Assembly: GCA_963809395.1 (NCBI GenBank)
Contig: CAWEJM010000018.1
Coordinates: forward strand, 64,275 to 128,274
Length of the DNA: 64,000 bases
Direction: 5' to 3'
Origin: an uncultured Actinomycetes bacterium
GTDB taxonomy: Bacteria; Actinomycetota; Thermoleophilia; RBG-16-64-13
Within the stretch, counting starts at the first letter, position 1. Every line of letters starts with the position of its first letter. The translations under genes and the position numbers were made by a program. This document shows positions 47,497 through 59,259 of this stretch, in pieces. The notes under the pieces are model-generated. The model searched no databases. It saw only the letters and a program-made list of their open reading frames with translations, and had not been told where the DNA came from.

Positions 47497-49676
47497 ATGT
47501 CAAAGATAATAGCGAGTGCCGCGATCCGGGGCGCGCATGCTATTGGTCGGCCAGGCGGAAGCGGATTTCGAGCTGGCCCGGGATTCGAAGGGCGAAGACG
47601 CGGCCGTCGGGTATCCAGATACCGCCTACTACCTGCCCATGGCGTACGCGCTGATGGGCCTCAAAGTGGAGAAGATGGGCCAGATCAAGCCCATCCTGGC
47701 CGAGGCGCGGAGCTTGCTGGGCCCGGTGCCGACCGACGAGCTGTGGTTCCCCTACCTCGGTACCACGCTCGACGCCGGCATCGCCACTCTGCTGGCGGAG
47801 GAGATCATCACCGTCCTGCGCTACTTCCGCGGGGAAGAGCCTCAGGACGGCTGCAACGGGTTCTTCACCGACACCATCCTCCGCACACTCGGTATCCAGC
47901 TGGTTGACGGGCGCATGCCCGGCTTCGCGGCCATCATCGGCGCCGCCCCCGACGCCGACACCGCCGTGCAGATCGTGCGCGAGTTCCAGAAGCGCAACAT
48001 CATGGTCTTCGCCGGCTCGTCCACCAACGGGGTCAGCATCGTGGACCAGTTGATGGAGAAGAACGTCCAGATGGGCTGGGACACCTACATCGTCCCCTAC
48101 GGCCGCGACACTATCAGCGCCATCTACCCGCTCAACTGGGCCATCCGCGCGGCGATGACGTTCGGCGGCATCGCGCCCGGCAAGGCCCGGCAGTGCCTCG
48201 AGTACTGCAAGAACCGGGTGTTCGCCTTCGGGCTCACGCTGGGCGAGGTCGACGACTTCAAGTACGCGACGGGCGCCGGCGCCATCGACATGGGCTTCCC
48301 GGTGATCGCCGACACCGACATCCCGCAGATACTGCCCACCGGCATCTGCACCTACGAGCACGTCGTCAGCGAGCTCAACTACGAGAACATCGTGCCCCGC
48401 TGCATCGAGGTGCGCGGCGTCAAGGTCTCCCTCTCCAAGATCGACATCCCCGTCTCGTACTCCGCGGCGTTCGAGGGAGAGCGCGTGCGGAAGGAAGACA
48501 CGCAGGTCGAGTTGGGCGGCAAGTACTCGACGGCGTTCGAGTACGTCCGCATGCGCGGCATGGATGAAGTGAAGGACGGCCAGATCGAGGTCATCGGTCC
48601 CGATATCGACTCGGTGGAGGTCGGCAAAGGACTGCCGCTCGCCATCCTCGTCGAGGTCGCCGGGCGGGCCATGCACACGGACTTCGAGCCGCTCATGGAG
48701 CGGAAGTTGCACGACTGGCTGAACTGCGCCATGGGCATCTTCCACATGGGCCAGCGCGACATCGTGTGGATGCGCGTCAGCAAGGAAGCCTACGCGAACG
48801 GCTTCCGCCTGAAGCACTTCGGCTCGATCATCCACGGCCAGATCCACAACCTGTACAGCAAGATCGTCGACAAGGTGCAGGTCACCATAATCTCCGATCA
48901 GGCCAAGGTGGACGAATTGCTGAAAGAGGCGAAGGTCGCCTACGCCCTGCGCGACGAGCGCCTGCTCGGCATGACCGACGAGAGCGTGGACGTCTTCTAT
49001 TCCTGCAGCCTGTGCCAGTCTTTCGCTCCGAACCACATCTGCGTCGTCAGCCCCGAGCGGCTCGGCCTGTGCGGCGCGGTCAGTTGGCTGGACGGCAAGG
49101 TCGCCTACGAGATCGACCCGACCGGCAGCAACCGCCCCGTCAAGAAGGCGCAGCTCATCGACGCCGTCAAGGGCCAGTGGGCCGACGTGAACGAGTTCGT
49201 GTACAACGCCTCCAACCGGAACATCGAGACGGTCAACCTCTACTCCGTCATCGACAACCCGATGACCTCGTGCGGTTGTTTCGAATGCATCCTCGCCCTG
49301 GTGCCCGAGTGCAACGGCTTCATGATCGTGAACCGGGAGCACGCGGGCATGACGCCCTGCGGGATGAACTTCTCCACGCTCGCCGGGTCCGTGGGCGGGG
49401 GCAACCAGACCCCCGGCTTCCTCGGCGTCGGCCGGCAGTACGTGCTCAGCCACAAGTTCATCGCCGCCGACGGCGGCCTGAAGCGGCTGGTCTGGATGCC
49501 GAAGGCCCTCAAGGAATTCTACGGCGACCGCTTCGACGGCGCGGGCTCAAGAGGAAGGCGTGCCCGACCTGCTGGACAAGATCGGCGACGAGACGATCGC
49601 CACGACCGGCGAGGAGCTGCTCGAGCACCTCATGAAGGTAGGCCATCCCGCCGTCGAGATGGAGTCTCTGTTCTAA
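47497..49676 (+). CDS. acsB: Acetyl-CoA synthase catalytic subunit (A-cluster); frame slips near 47540 and 49545
   Basis: ATG 47497 (MSKIIASAAIRGAH), then ORF 47516..49738: AVGYPDTAYYLPMAYALMG, FYSCSLCQSFAPNHICVVSPERLGLCGAVSWLD, NPMTSCGCFECI (A-cluster Cys motif). The C-terminus read by hand is EEGVPDLLDKIGDETIATTGEELLEHLMKVGHPAVEMESLF, ending at TAA 49674-49676. Confidence 0.9.
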
Positions 49677-49728
49677 GATCGATCCAGGCTCGGCGCCGCC
49701 GACAAGGGATCATGACGAGGAGGGCCAC

Positions 49729-51072
49729 ATGGCACTGAAAGCGCTGGACATCTTCAAACTGCTGCCCAAGACCAACTGCCAGAAATGCGGCAGCCCCACC
49801 TGCTTGGCCTTCGCGATGAAGCTGGCGGCCAAGCAGGCTACCCTGGACCTGTGCCCGGACGTGACGGCTGAAGCTAAGGCCGCGCTTGAGGGATCGGCGG
49901 CGCCGCCGATCCGGCTGGTGGCCATCGGCGCCGGCCCGAGCAAGCTGGAGATCGGCAACGAGACGGTGATGTTCCGGCACGACGAGTCCTTCTACCACCC
50001 GCCGGGCATCGGGGTCATCGTCCCCGACGACCTTGACGACGCCGCGCTGGCGGCGCGCGTCGCGGCCATCGGCAAGTTGAGTTTCGTGCGCGTGGGCGTG
50101 AACATCCGCAGCCGACGTGGTCGCGGTCGAGAACGTCAGCGGCAACATGGACGCCTTCGCCAAGGCGGTCACGGCAGTGGCGGCGCTCGACCTGCCGATC
50201 GTCCTGGTCGCCACCGAGCCCGCTCACATCGCCAAGGCGCTCGAGATCTGCGCCCAGCATCGGCCGCTCATCCACGCGGCCAACCCGTCGAACTGGGAGG
50301 CCATGTCCGCGCTCGCCAAAGGAAACGGCTGTCCCCTGGCAGTGGCGGCGCCGGACCTCGACCAGTTGGCGACCCTTACGGAGAAGATCAAGGCCGACGG
50401 CGTCGAAGACTTGGTGCTCGACCTGACCGGCGGGACACTCTTGGACACGCTGCAGGCGCTCACGGCCGTTCGGCAGCTGGCGCTCAAGAAGAAGGTGCGC
50501 GCCCTGGGCTACCCCTGCATGACCGATCTCTCGCAGCACCGACGAGCTGGAGAATCTGGCCGCGTGCTGTTCGTACGTGGCCAAGTACGCGGGCATCGTC
50601 TTGACTCCGCTCCATCAGCCGGAGCAGATCCTCCCGCTGCTCACCGAGACCCAGAACCTGTACGCCGACCCGCGCAAGCCCATCCAGGTCGAGCCCAAGC
50701 TCACGCATGTGGGCGCAGCCACGCCGGATTCGCCGCTGCTGGTGACGACGAACTTCTCGCTCACCTACTACACCGTCGAGGGCGAGGTCGAGGCCAGCCG
50801 CGTGCCGGCCCACATCGCCGTGATCGACACCGAGGGCACGTCCGTGCTAACAGCCTTCGCCTCCGACAAGCTGACCGCCGAGAAGATAGCGGCCTTCTTG
50901 AAGAGCGATGAGGTCACGTCTCAAGGTGCGGCACCGCAAGGTCATCATCCCCGGCTACATCGCGGTCATGAGCGGGGCGCTGAAGGAAGAGTCCGGCTGG
51001 GAAGTCATGGTGGGACCCCGTGAGGCCAGCGGTATCGCCAAGTACCTGAAGACGGTGTGGCAGGCCGCTTGA
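49729..51072 (+). CDS. acsC: Corrinoid iron-sulfur protein large subunit (CFeSP gamma); 3-4 frame slips
   Basis: N-terminal 4Fe-4S motif LPKTNCQKCGSPTCLAFAMKLAAKQATLDLCP (ORF 49729..50604). TIM-barrel part VAVENVSGNMDAFAKAV...LIHAANPSNWEAM (ORF 50117..50911). B12-binding part PLLVTTNFSLTYYTVEGEVEASRVPAHIAVIDTEGTSVLTAFA (ORF 50577..51023). The end read by hand is KVIIPGYIAVMSGALKEESGWEVMVGPREASGIAKYLKTVWQAA, with TGA at 51070-51072. Confidence 0.85.
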
Positions 51073-53012
51073 AATCCTGCTCCGTCACTTTTCTTCCCGA
51101 TAACAAGACCGTCTCGGTAGACCAGGGCACGAGCCTGCTCGACGCGGCGGCCGCCGCCGGCGTGACCATCAGCAACGTCTGCGGCGGCGATGGCGTCTGC
51201 GGCAAGTGCCGGGTCATCGTCAAGTCGGGCTGGGTGGCGACCAATCCCACCATGTTCCTCACCCGGCAGGAGATCCAGCGCGGAGTCGCGTTGGCCTGCC
51301 AGACCCACGTGGACGGGGACGTGGTCGTCGAGGTGCCGCTCGAGTCCCGGGGCCCGCAGCTGGCCACGGAGGACGCCATCCGGTTCGGCCGGGTGTCCGA
51401 CCACGTGGGCGAGGGCAAGACCTTCCGCTACAGCCCGCTCTCTCGAAAGGAGTTCGTGGCTCTGCCTCCGCCGTCTCCCCAGGACAGCACTTCCGATCAG
51501 GAGCGGCTCTTCCGGGAGTTGCGGCGGCGCAGCACTATTCCGCTCATGCAGATGGGCCTTTCGGTGCTGAGGCCGCTGCCCACCCTGCTCCGCGACAGCG
51601 GCTGGCAGGTCACCGCGCTGCTGGGATGGCGCGATGGCACCACCGAAGTCGTGGACGTCGAGCCGGGCGATACCTCCGCCTCGAACTACGGGGTGGCGGT
51701 CGACCTGGGCACGACGACGTGCGTCGCCCACCTCGTCGATCTGCGGACTTCGGAGACTCTGGCCACCGAGGCAAAGTACAACTCGCAGGCTGCCAACGGC
51801 GAAGACGTCATCGCCCGGATCATGTATGCCTCCACGCAGGAGCGGCGCAACGAGATGCACGATCTGATGATCGCCGACGTCAACGAACTCATCACCGGCG
51901 TGATCCTCGACGCCCAGGTCAAGCTCAACGACGTCACCTACGTGATGTGCGCCGGCAACACGACCATGACCCACTTTCTCTTCGGGCTGGACCCGAACCA
52001 GATCCGGCGCGACCCCTACGTGCCGGTCGTCTCGCTGCCTCCCGTCGTACGCGCCGCGGAGGTGGGCGTCGGCATCAGCTCCCGGGGCCTGCTGGCGGCC
52101 CTTCCCTCGGTGTCCTCTTACGTGGGCGGCGATGTGATGGCCGACGTGCTCGTCAGTGGGATGACCCACTCCGAGGACGTCTCGCTGCTGATCGACCTGG
52201 GGACCAACGGCGAACTGGTGCTCGGCAACTCCGACTGGCTGATGTGCGCCTCGGCCTCGGCCGGGCCGGCCTTCGAGGGCGGCGGCATCAGCAGCGGCAT
52301 GCGGGCGACCACCGGCGCGCTCGAGCGCGTCACCCTGGGCCCCGGCGGGCAGGTGGTGGAGTACGAAGTGGTGGGCAACGGCAAACCACTCGGCATCTGC
52401 GGGTCGGGGCTGATCGACCTGGTCGGCGAGTTGCTGCGGGTGGGGTGCATCGACCGCACGGGCAACTACATCCCGGAGGCCTGCGGCGGGCGCTTCCGCG
52501 TCGGCGAATCGGGCGACCGCGAGTTCCTGCTGTTCTCCCACGAGGAGACGGCGCTCGGCCGCGAGATCGTCCTGACCGAGGCCGACATCAGCAACCTGAT
52601 CCACACCAAGGGATCCATCTACATGGCCGCGGAGTGCCTGCTGGATGAGGTGGGCATGACGTTCCCGGACCTGCAGCATGTCTACATCGCCGGCGGCTTC
52701 GGCAACTACCTCAAGATCGACCGCGCCATCGCCATCGGCCTGCTGCCGGACCTCCCTCACGACAGGTTCGACTTCATCGGCAACGGCTCGGTGCAGGGCG
52801 CCAAGATGGCCATGCTCTCCGAGGAGGCGATGGCGTACGTCTACGAGCGTATCGCGGGCGCGATGACCTCCATAGAGCTGAGCACCCACCCGAAGTACAT
52901 GAACGAGTATTCTTCGACCCTGTTCCTGCCCCATACGGATATCGAGAAGTTCCCGTCCGTGGTGGCCGAGAGGGCGAAAGTCGCGCCCGCCGAGCAGGAG
53001 AAAGGAGACTAG
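51057..53012 (+). CDS. Reductive activator of the corrinoid Fe-S protein (RACo/AcsV-type: 2Fe-2S ferredoxin plus ASKHA ATPase); intact
   Basis: Plant-type ferredoxin motif CGGDGVCGKCRV...ACQT. ASKHA-like motifs GVAVDLGTTT, LLIDLGTNGE, ASAGPAFEGGGIS and GICGSGLIDL. The position between acsC and acsD matches known acs clusters. Confidence 0.8.
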   Translation: MAGRLKSCSVTFLPDNKTVSVDQGTSLLDAAAAAGVTISNVCGGDGVCGKCRVIVKSGWVATNPTMFLTRQEIQRGVALACQTHVDGDVVVEVPLESRGPQLATEDAIRFGRVSDHVGEGKTFRYSPLSRKEFVALPPPSPQDSTSDQERLFRELRRRSTIPLMQMGLSVLRPLPTLLRDSGWQVTALLGWRDGTTEVVDVEPGDTSASNYGVAVDLGTTTCVAHLVDLRTSETLATEAKYNSQAANGEDVIARIMYASTQERRNEMHDLMIADVNELITGVILDAQVKLNDVTYVMCAGNTTMTHFLFGLDPNQIRRDPYVPVVSLPPVVRAAEVGVGISSRGLLAALPSVSSYVGGDVMADVLVSGMTHSEDVSLLIDLGTNGELVLGNSDWLMCASASAGPAFEGGGISSGMRATTGALERVTLGPGGQVVEYEVVGNGKPLGICGSGLIDLVGELLRVGCIDRTGNYIPEACGGRFRVGESGDREFLLFSHEETALGREIVLTEADISNLIHTKGSIYMAAECLLDEVGMTFPDLQHVYIAGGFGNYLKIDRAIAIGLLPDLPHDRFDFIGNGSVQGAKMAMLSEEAMAYVYERIAGAMTSIELSTHPKYMNEYSSTLFLPHTDIEKFPSVVAERAKVAPAEQEKGD

Positions 53013-53014
53013 GC

Positions 53015-53783
53015 ATGCCTTTGCGCATCGCCCTAGCCGGTAAGGGCGGGTCGGGGAAGACGACCCTGGCCGCCCTGCTCTGCCGCAGCCTGATGAACCA
53101 GGGCGATCAAGCCCCTGCTCGCCGTGGATGCCGACCCGAACAGCTGCCTGGGGGAGCGCCTGGGCGTGGAAGTCAGCCGCACCATCGGCCAGTTGCGCGA
53201 GGAGCTGCGGGCCGACCCGGAGAAGGTCCCCACCGGCATGTCCAAAGCCGAGTGGGTGGAGGGGCTCATCACCCAAGAGATCACCGAGTCCGTCGGCTTC
53301 GACCTGGTCGTGATGGGGCGGCAGGAAGGGCCCGACTGCTACTGTTACATCAACAACCTGCTGCGCGCCTGCCTGAACAGGCTGGGCGACCAGTACCGTG
53401 CCGTGGTGATCGATAACGAGGCGGGCTTGGAGCACCTCAGCCGCCGCACGGACGGACGGGTCGAGGTGATGCTGGTGGTGTGCGAGCCCAACCTGCTGGG
53501 CGCCCGCACGGCGATGCGGATCACCGAGCTCATGACAAGCCTCAACCTCGACATCGGCAACGCCTACCTAGTGCTCAACCGAGGCCGGAGCGACGTGTCC
53601 GCCGACGTCCAGGCGCTGCTGGACGCGACGGGGCTCGAAGTGATCGCCTGGATACCCGACGACCCCACCGTGGCCACGCTGGAGTTGGAGCAGACATCGC
53701 TGCTGGACATACCGGCGGGAGCACCGGCGGCTGTGGCCGTCGACGCCCTGCTGCAACGCCTGCTTGAGAGGAGAGAAGCATGA
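53015..53783 (+). CDS. cooC: Second CooC/AcsF-type Ni-insertion ATPase (ACS maturation); one frame slip near 53105
   Basis: MPLRIALAGKGGSGKTTLAALLCRSL (ORF 53015..53416), then DADPNSCLGERLG...GPDCYCYINNLLR...VVIDNEAGLEHL (ORF 53124..53783). Confidence 0.85.
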
Positions 53784-54746
53784 CTTCGTTGTCAGATGCC
53801 GCCGAGAAGTGGACCGGCGCCATAAACTCGCTCACGATCGGCGCTACCGCCGCGGACGGGGGAACCCGTACCTCGACCGTCACCGTGGGAGGGGCGAACG
53901 GCCTACCGTTCATGAACTACGAGGGACAGACCCCGAACCGCCCGGTCGTCGCCATGGAGATCTGGGACCGAGCGCCGGACGAGTGGGCGGCCCCGCTCAT
54001 GGCCGCCCTCGGCGACGCCGTCCTGTCGCCCGTCGACTGGGCCCGCCGGTGTGTCGAGGAGTGGGGCGCCGACATGCTGTGCCTCAAGCTCGCGGGCACT
54101 CACCCCGACCTCGGCGACCGCTCGCCGGAAGAAGCCGCTCAGACGGTCAAGGACGTGCTGCGGAGCCGTCGGCGTGCCGCTCATCATCTGGGGGAGCGAG
54201 AACGACGAGAAGGACAACGAGGTGCTGCCGCGCTGCACCCAAGCCGCCGCCGGGGAAAAGTGTCTCGTGGGCATCGCCACCGAGGACAACTACAAGACCC
54301 TCGTGGCCGCCTGCCAGGCCGACGGGCACTCCCTCATCAACCAGAGCCCGGTCGACATCAACATCGCCAAGCAGGTCAACATCCTGGTGGCGGAAATGGG
54401 ATTCCCCATGGACCGCGTGGTCATGTACCAGACCACGGGAGCGCTCGGCTACGGCTTGGAGTACATCTATTCGATCCAGGAGCGCGGCCGGCTGGCGGCG
54501 CTGGGCGGCGACAAGATGATGTCCCTGCCCGTCATCTGCATGGTCGGACAGGAAGCCTGGCGGGCCAAGGAGGCCAAAGCCACCGCCGAGGAGCAACCGA
54601 CCTGGGGCAACGAGCAGACCCGGGGCGTGATCTGGGAGTTGGCGACCGCCGCGACGCTGCTGCAGGCAGGCAGCGACATCATCGTCGTGCGCCACCCGGC
54701 CACGGCGCAGGCCCTCAAACGCATTATCGACAGCCTGGTCGCGTAG
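53780..54746 (+). CDS. acsD: Corrinoid iron-sulfur protein small subunit (CFeSP delta); one frame slip near 54160
   Basis: MTSLSDAAEKWTGAINSLTIG...GADMLCLKLAGTHPD (ORF 53780..54931), then GVPLIIWGSENDEKDNEVL...GIATEDNYKTL...INQSPVDINIAKQVNIL...GALGYGLEYIYSIQERGRLAALGGDKMMSLP (ORF 54051..54746). Confidence 0.85.
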
Positions 54747-54770
54747 GCACGACCCGGCAGGAGGTTCAGG

Positions 54771-55576
54771 ATGTTCGTCATCGGAGAGCGCATCAACGGT
54801 ATGTTCAGGACCATCGGCGACGCTATCGCTGCCAAGGACCCCAAGCCCGTCCAGGAGATGGCGCTGCCGCAGCTGGCCGCGGGCGCCTCGGCTCTGGATA
54901 TCAACGTCGGCACGCGGGTTCCCAAGGCTGAGCGCGGCGACGTCATGGAGTGGCTGGTCAAGGTCGTCCGCGAGGTCACGGACGCGCCCCTGGTGATCGA
55001 CAACCCCAGCATCGACACGATCCGCCGGGGTCTGGTGCTGGCGTCGAAGGGAGGCAAGGCCGTCATCAACTCCACCACCGGCCAGGAGGACAAGCTCACA
55101 GCCTTCATGGCCCTGGCGAAGGAGTGCGAGGCCGGCATCATCTGCCTCGCCATCGACGAGAACGGGGTGGCCGCCACGGCGGAGGGCAAGGCCGAGATCG
55201 GCATGCGCTGCCCTCGCCGCCGCCATGGAGGCCGACGTGCCCATCGAGGACATCTACATCGACCCCATCGTCCTGCCGGTGAACTGCGACCAGAAATCGC
55301 CCGAGATCGTCCTGCAGACCATCACCCAGATCAGGCTGCTGTCCGACCCTGCGCCCCACGTCGTCGTGGGCCTGAGCAACCTGAGCCAGGGCGCCAAGGA
55401 GCGCAGCCTGCTCAACAGCACCTTCGTGGCGATGGCCATAGCCTACGGCATGGACGCCAGCATCCACGACCCGCTGGACGAGGAGCTGATGAACGCCGTG
55501 TTCACGGCCGAAGCTGCTGATGAACAAGACGATCTACAGCGACTCGTACCTGACCGCGTCCCGGCCGGCCCGGTAG
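54771..55576 (+). CDS. acsE: Methyltetrahydrofolate:corrinoid/iron-sulfur protein methyltransferase; frame slips near 55200 and 55512
   Basis: MFVIGERINGMFRTIGDAI...GASALDINVGT...PLVIDNPS...VINSTTG (ORF 54771..55520). IDPIVLPVNCDQ...VVGLSNLSQGAKERSLLNSTFVAMAIAYGMDASIHDP (ORF 55225..56547). The end read by hand is LLMNKTIYSDSYLTASRPAR, with TAG at 55574-55576. Confidence 0.85.
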
Positions 55577-55674
55577 AGGCCGGAGCGCGCGCCTCGCGCA
55601 CCGCGGCCGGGGCCGCGCGGGCGCGCCCACGGAGCCGCCGCTGGCGCTGCCGGGCACCCTGGAGCCGGCGCCGG

Positions 55675-56423
55675 TCAGTGCAGGTCGGCGCCCTCCCGGC
55701 CCATGATCGCCTTGAGCGTCGCCAACCCCCGCAGTTGGAGCTGCTTGACCGCCCCCTCGGTGCGGCCCACGACGGCGGCCGTCTCGGCCAGCGACAACGA
55801 CAGGATGTAGCGCAGCATGATGACCTCGCGCTGCCCCTCGGGCACCTTGCTGAGGGCTTGGGCGATGCCCACCCGCAACTCCCGCTGTTCGGCGGTGGCG
55901 TGAGGGCCGGCGCTGTTGGCGACCAGCTCGGCGGCCGCGTCGAGATCCACGGGGTCGGGCGCGCGGCTCTGTCTGCGCTGGAAGAAGGCTATCTGTTTCT
56001 GGGCTATGCCGTAGAGCCAGGCCACGAAAGGCTTACCCTCGTCGCGATAGCGGCCCAGTCCCCGCACCATCCCGAGGAACACCTGGCTGGTGACGTCCTC
56101 GGCCGCCGATGGCGAGCCCAGGCGGAGAAGCACGTAGCGGTAGATGGTGTCGAAGTGCGTGCGGTAGAGGGCCTCGATGGCGGAGTTCTCTCCCCGGCAG
56201 GCCGCCTCCACCAGGCGGCGCTCGCGCCGGCGGTCGTGCTCGGGGACCTGACGTCGTCCAGCACGGCCTCGGCCTGGTCGGCCCCGAGACGAGGCGCCTT
56301 CGAGAGCGACGCTCCCGCCCGCCGAGGTCGACCCCGCGTCGCGGCAGAGTCTTCGTGCGCGCCGTCCCCCGGCTCCATGGTGGCTCCCGGAGAGTGCGCG
56401 ATTGGGCGGCGAAATCTAGCCAT
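55675..56423 (-). CDS. ECF-type RNA polymerase sigma factor (sigma-70 regions 2 and 4); probable slip near 56250, start uncertain
   Basis: ORF 55675..56211: AIEALYRTHFDTIYRYVLLRLGSPSAAEDVTSQVFLGMV (region 2) and EGQREVIMLRYILSLSLAETAAVVGRTEGAVKQLQLRGLATLK (region 4). An N-terminal extension is possible in ORF 56004..56423. Confidence 0.8.
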
Positions 56424-56522
56424 ATTGGTCTCTATGATAGACGATGAGCCGGGCGAAGCCCGGGCCGCAGCCGCGGCAGATGGCGCGCGCCGAGAGGCGC
56501 GGCCTAGGGTGCATGCGGCGCG

Positions 56523-58557
56523 CTATTGCCCGAAACCGTCTAGGTAGTCCACCAGGTTGGCCGTCATCTTGGCCACGTGGTTGCGGCTGGCCGGGGAATA
56601 CGGGTAGAAGTAGAGACGGCCGTCCTTGCCGATGCTGCCGCCGAGGATACCGGCGGTGTACGCGGTCATGATCTCGCGGTAGAGCGGGTGGGAGGGGGTG
56701 ACGTCGGCGAACACCTGCTCGTTGCCGGTGTACGCGGGCAAGGGCTTGCCGGCCGCCGCCGCGCCGCGGATGATCATGAGCACCAACTGTCCCCGGGTGA
56801 TGGGGCTGTAGGGCCGGAAGGTGCCGTCACTGTAGCCGGTGACGATGCCCAGCGCGGCCGCTTCCTCCACATAGTCGTAGGGGTAGGCCTCGGGTTCGCC
56901 GTACTGGTCGTAGGGTGAGGCGCACGTCGCTAAACGTGGGCTCGTCGAGATTGTCGATCGCCAGGGTGTGCAGTCCGATGGCCTCCATGATCATCTTGGC
57001 GAACTGGGCCCGCAGGACGTTGTCGGTGCCCTTGAAGTACCAGAGGCCCGATCCCGGCGGAATTTCCTTGCCGCTGATCACGCGCCGGACCAGCAACTCG
57101 GTCACGTAGGGATAGTAGGGGTCGCTCGCGGCCAGGTCGAGGAACTGGATGCCGCCGGGCGGGTCGACCGCCGCGCTGTAGCGGAAGCTGTAGAGCGCGT
57201 CCTCGCCCACCGCCCCGCGCGCCCACACGGCCAACGTGTGCCGGTCGTGCCCGGCCGGGGCCGAGACGCTCCCGTCGCCGCCGGTCATGGTCGAGAAAGG
57301 TGACGCTCGGAGGCAGAACGCCCGCGGAATCCCAGGAGATGAGCGCCGCCCGCAGAGGGGGGCTCCCCTCGCCGTCGATGGTCACGTTGAGCACCGATTC
57401 CGGCGAAGTGGCGGGAAAGTCAAGGTAGACGGCGCCGAAATTGCCCACGTACTGGTAGCCGATCTTGGGCAGCGGCCCAGCTGACGGTGAGAGGGGTGGC
57501 TGCCACGTTGATGTCGGGATAGCTGTAGGGAGCGACCTCCGGGGGACGGCCGTCGAGAAAGTTGGCCACCACCCAGTCGTCGAAGAGCGAGTCGAACGTC
57601 TCGACGGCTCCCCGAGCCCGGAGCACATCGTTGATGCCGGCGACGCCGTCGGCCGGATAGTCCACCAGGGCGCCGATGAAGCCCTGCCCTTCGCGCACCG
57701 CCAGGTAGCTCATGAAGGCGTAGGAGGCCCCGTAGTGAGCCCGGTAGTCGAGCCATGTCGGTGAGATTGACGTCGGTGTCGTTGGCGAAGCTGCGGAGTT
57801 GGCTGTTGGTCCGACCATCATACCCGGCGAGATGCTCGGCGTAGGTGGCGAAGCCCTCCGCCAGCCAGTAGGGCTCGGCGGCCCGGCCCGGCGACGGGTC
57901 GAGCATGTAGTCGCGGTAGTAGACGATGAGGTGGGCGAACTCGTGCGCCGCCAGCGCTCCCGCGTTCTCCGGCTCGGCGGCTACCGCCTCGGTATCGAGA
58001 TAGATCATCTCCCGGCGGTTGGAGTGGGTCTCGTCGGGGACCGGCGCGATGTCGGCCGGTGCGAAGTAGCCGGAGACGGCCAGGTCTTCGAAATCGTAGA
58101 GAAGGATGACCACCCGAGGCTCGCCGTCGATGCCGGGATAGGGCTCCGACCCCAGGACCGCGGTGAGTTGCGGGTACACCCGAGAGTCGAACTCGCCTCC
58201 CAGCCGCTCGACGGTGAAGGGGGCCACCACTTGGCCGTCCTCCACGTAGATGACGCAGTGCTCGCCCACGTGGACCACGGTGGCGCCGACCTGACGGTAG
58301 CCGCCCGTGTTCCAGGCGACGGCCCAGAAGGTGTCGGTCTGGCCGACCACGGGTTCGGACACCAGCGGCCCGTAGGGCGGCGGCGGCCGCAACGGCCGTG
58401 GCGGCAGAGAGCAGCTGCAGCCGCGGCGGCCAGCGGTCGGAAAGATCGCCGCCAGGCCGCAGAGGGCGAGAACGAACGCCAACGCGGCGACGACTACGAT
58501 GGCGGCAGGTCTGACGCGGAAGGCGCGGGCTGGTCTGGCAGCAAGCATAACAGCCAT
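56523..58557 (-). CDS. Secreted MA-clan zinc metallopeptidase with C-terminal SLH domains; several frame slips
   Basis: Signal/TM segment AAIVVVAALAFVLALCGLAAIF. HExxH motif in AAHEFAHLIVYY, with a downstream WLAEGFATYAE (ORF 57382..58557). SLH motifs VLRAQFAKMIMEAIG (ORF 56827..57288) and ITRGQLVLMIIRG, SRNHVAKMTANLV (ORF 56523..56870). Confidence 0.7.
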
Positions 58558-58750
58558 TATAGCTACTACTGCTCTGGGCAGGCGTCCTCGCGACGGACGC
58601 CCCGTCGCTTTACGAGGCCCCTTATACCCTGGCGAGTATAGTCGCGCCAGACAAGAACGAAGGGTCCATTGGTGGCCCGAGACGAGGAGTGATTCGCGAT
58701 GATGCGATGGTCAGGGAACCCTGGAGCATTTTGACGGTTGGGACCGTCAC

Positions 58751-59069
58751 ATGGGCGGAGGCGGCATAGTGGGCATGGTCCTCATGGCAATTCTTTGGGT
58801 AGCGGTGATCGCCGCGCTCGTGCTGGGGATAAGGGCGCTGATCCTCCACAGCAGGCGAAACAGGATATCCGCGCCAACCGGGACACCGAGCTTCGTCGCC
58901 CCGATGCCCGCAGGGCCATCCTCAGCCGAGACGCCGACCGGCGACGGCTCAAGCCCCGACGACCCGCAACGCTCTCCCTCTGCTGGCGATCCTGGAGGAA
59001 CGTTACGCCCGAGGCGAGATCGATCGGGATGAGTTCCTGCAGCGGAAACAAGATCTGGGATTGGGCTAG
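58751..59069 (+). CDS. Small membrane protein with a C-terminal SHOCT domain; frame slips
   Basis: TM segment GIVGMVLMAILWVAVIAALVLGI (ORF 58751..59032). The C-terminus read by hand is LEERYARGEIDRDEFLQRKQDLGLG, with TAG at 59067-59069. Confidence 0.55.
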
Positions 59070-59259
59070 GCAGGACGCGACGTAGGCGACCGACAAACTG
59101 GACGACGAAACAGCTCCTCTCCTCGAGACGACCCACCCCCTCAGGTCCTCGAGGCACCCCTCATAGCAAGCCGGGGCCCCGGCCGGCGGACAAGGCAAGT
59201 ATGTCCGCCGGCCGGGGCCTCGGCCTTTCTGCGCGAGCCCCTCAGCGTCCGCAAGCCCG

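Noticed and set aside
47540-49453. Very long antisense ORFs opposite real genes: 47540..49453 (-), 50955..53435 (-), 45919..47256 (-), 1616..3271 (+), 31919..33586 (+) and 54147..55253 (-).
   Set aside because: These are shadow ORFs typical of GC-rich DNA. Their translations are Arg/Gly/Ala/Pro-rich with no motifs, whereas the opposite strand encodes well-conserved AcsB, RACo, AcsA, NrdJ, SLH protein A and AcsD/E.
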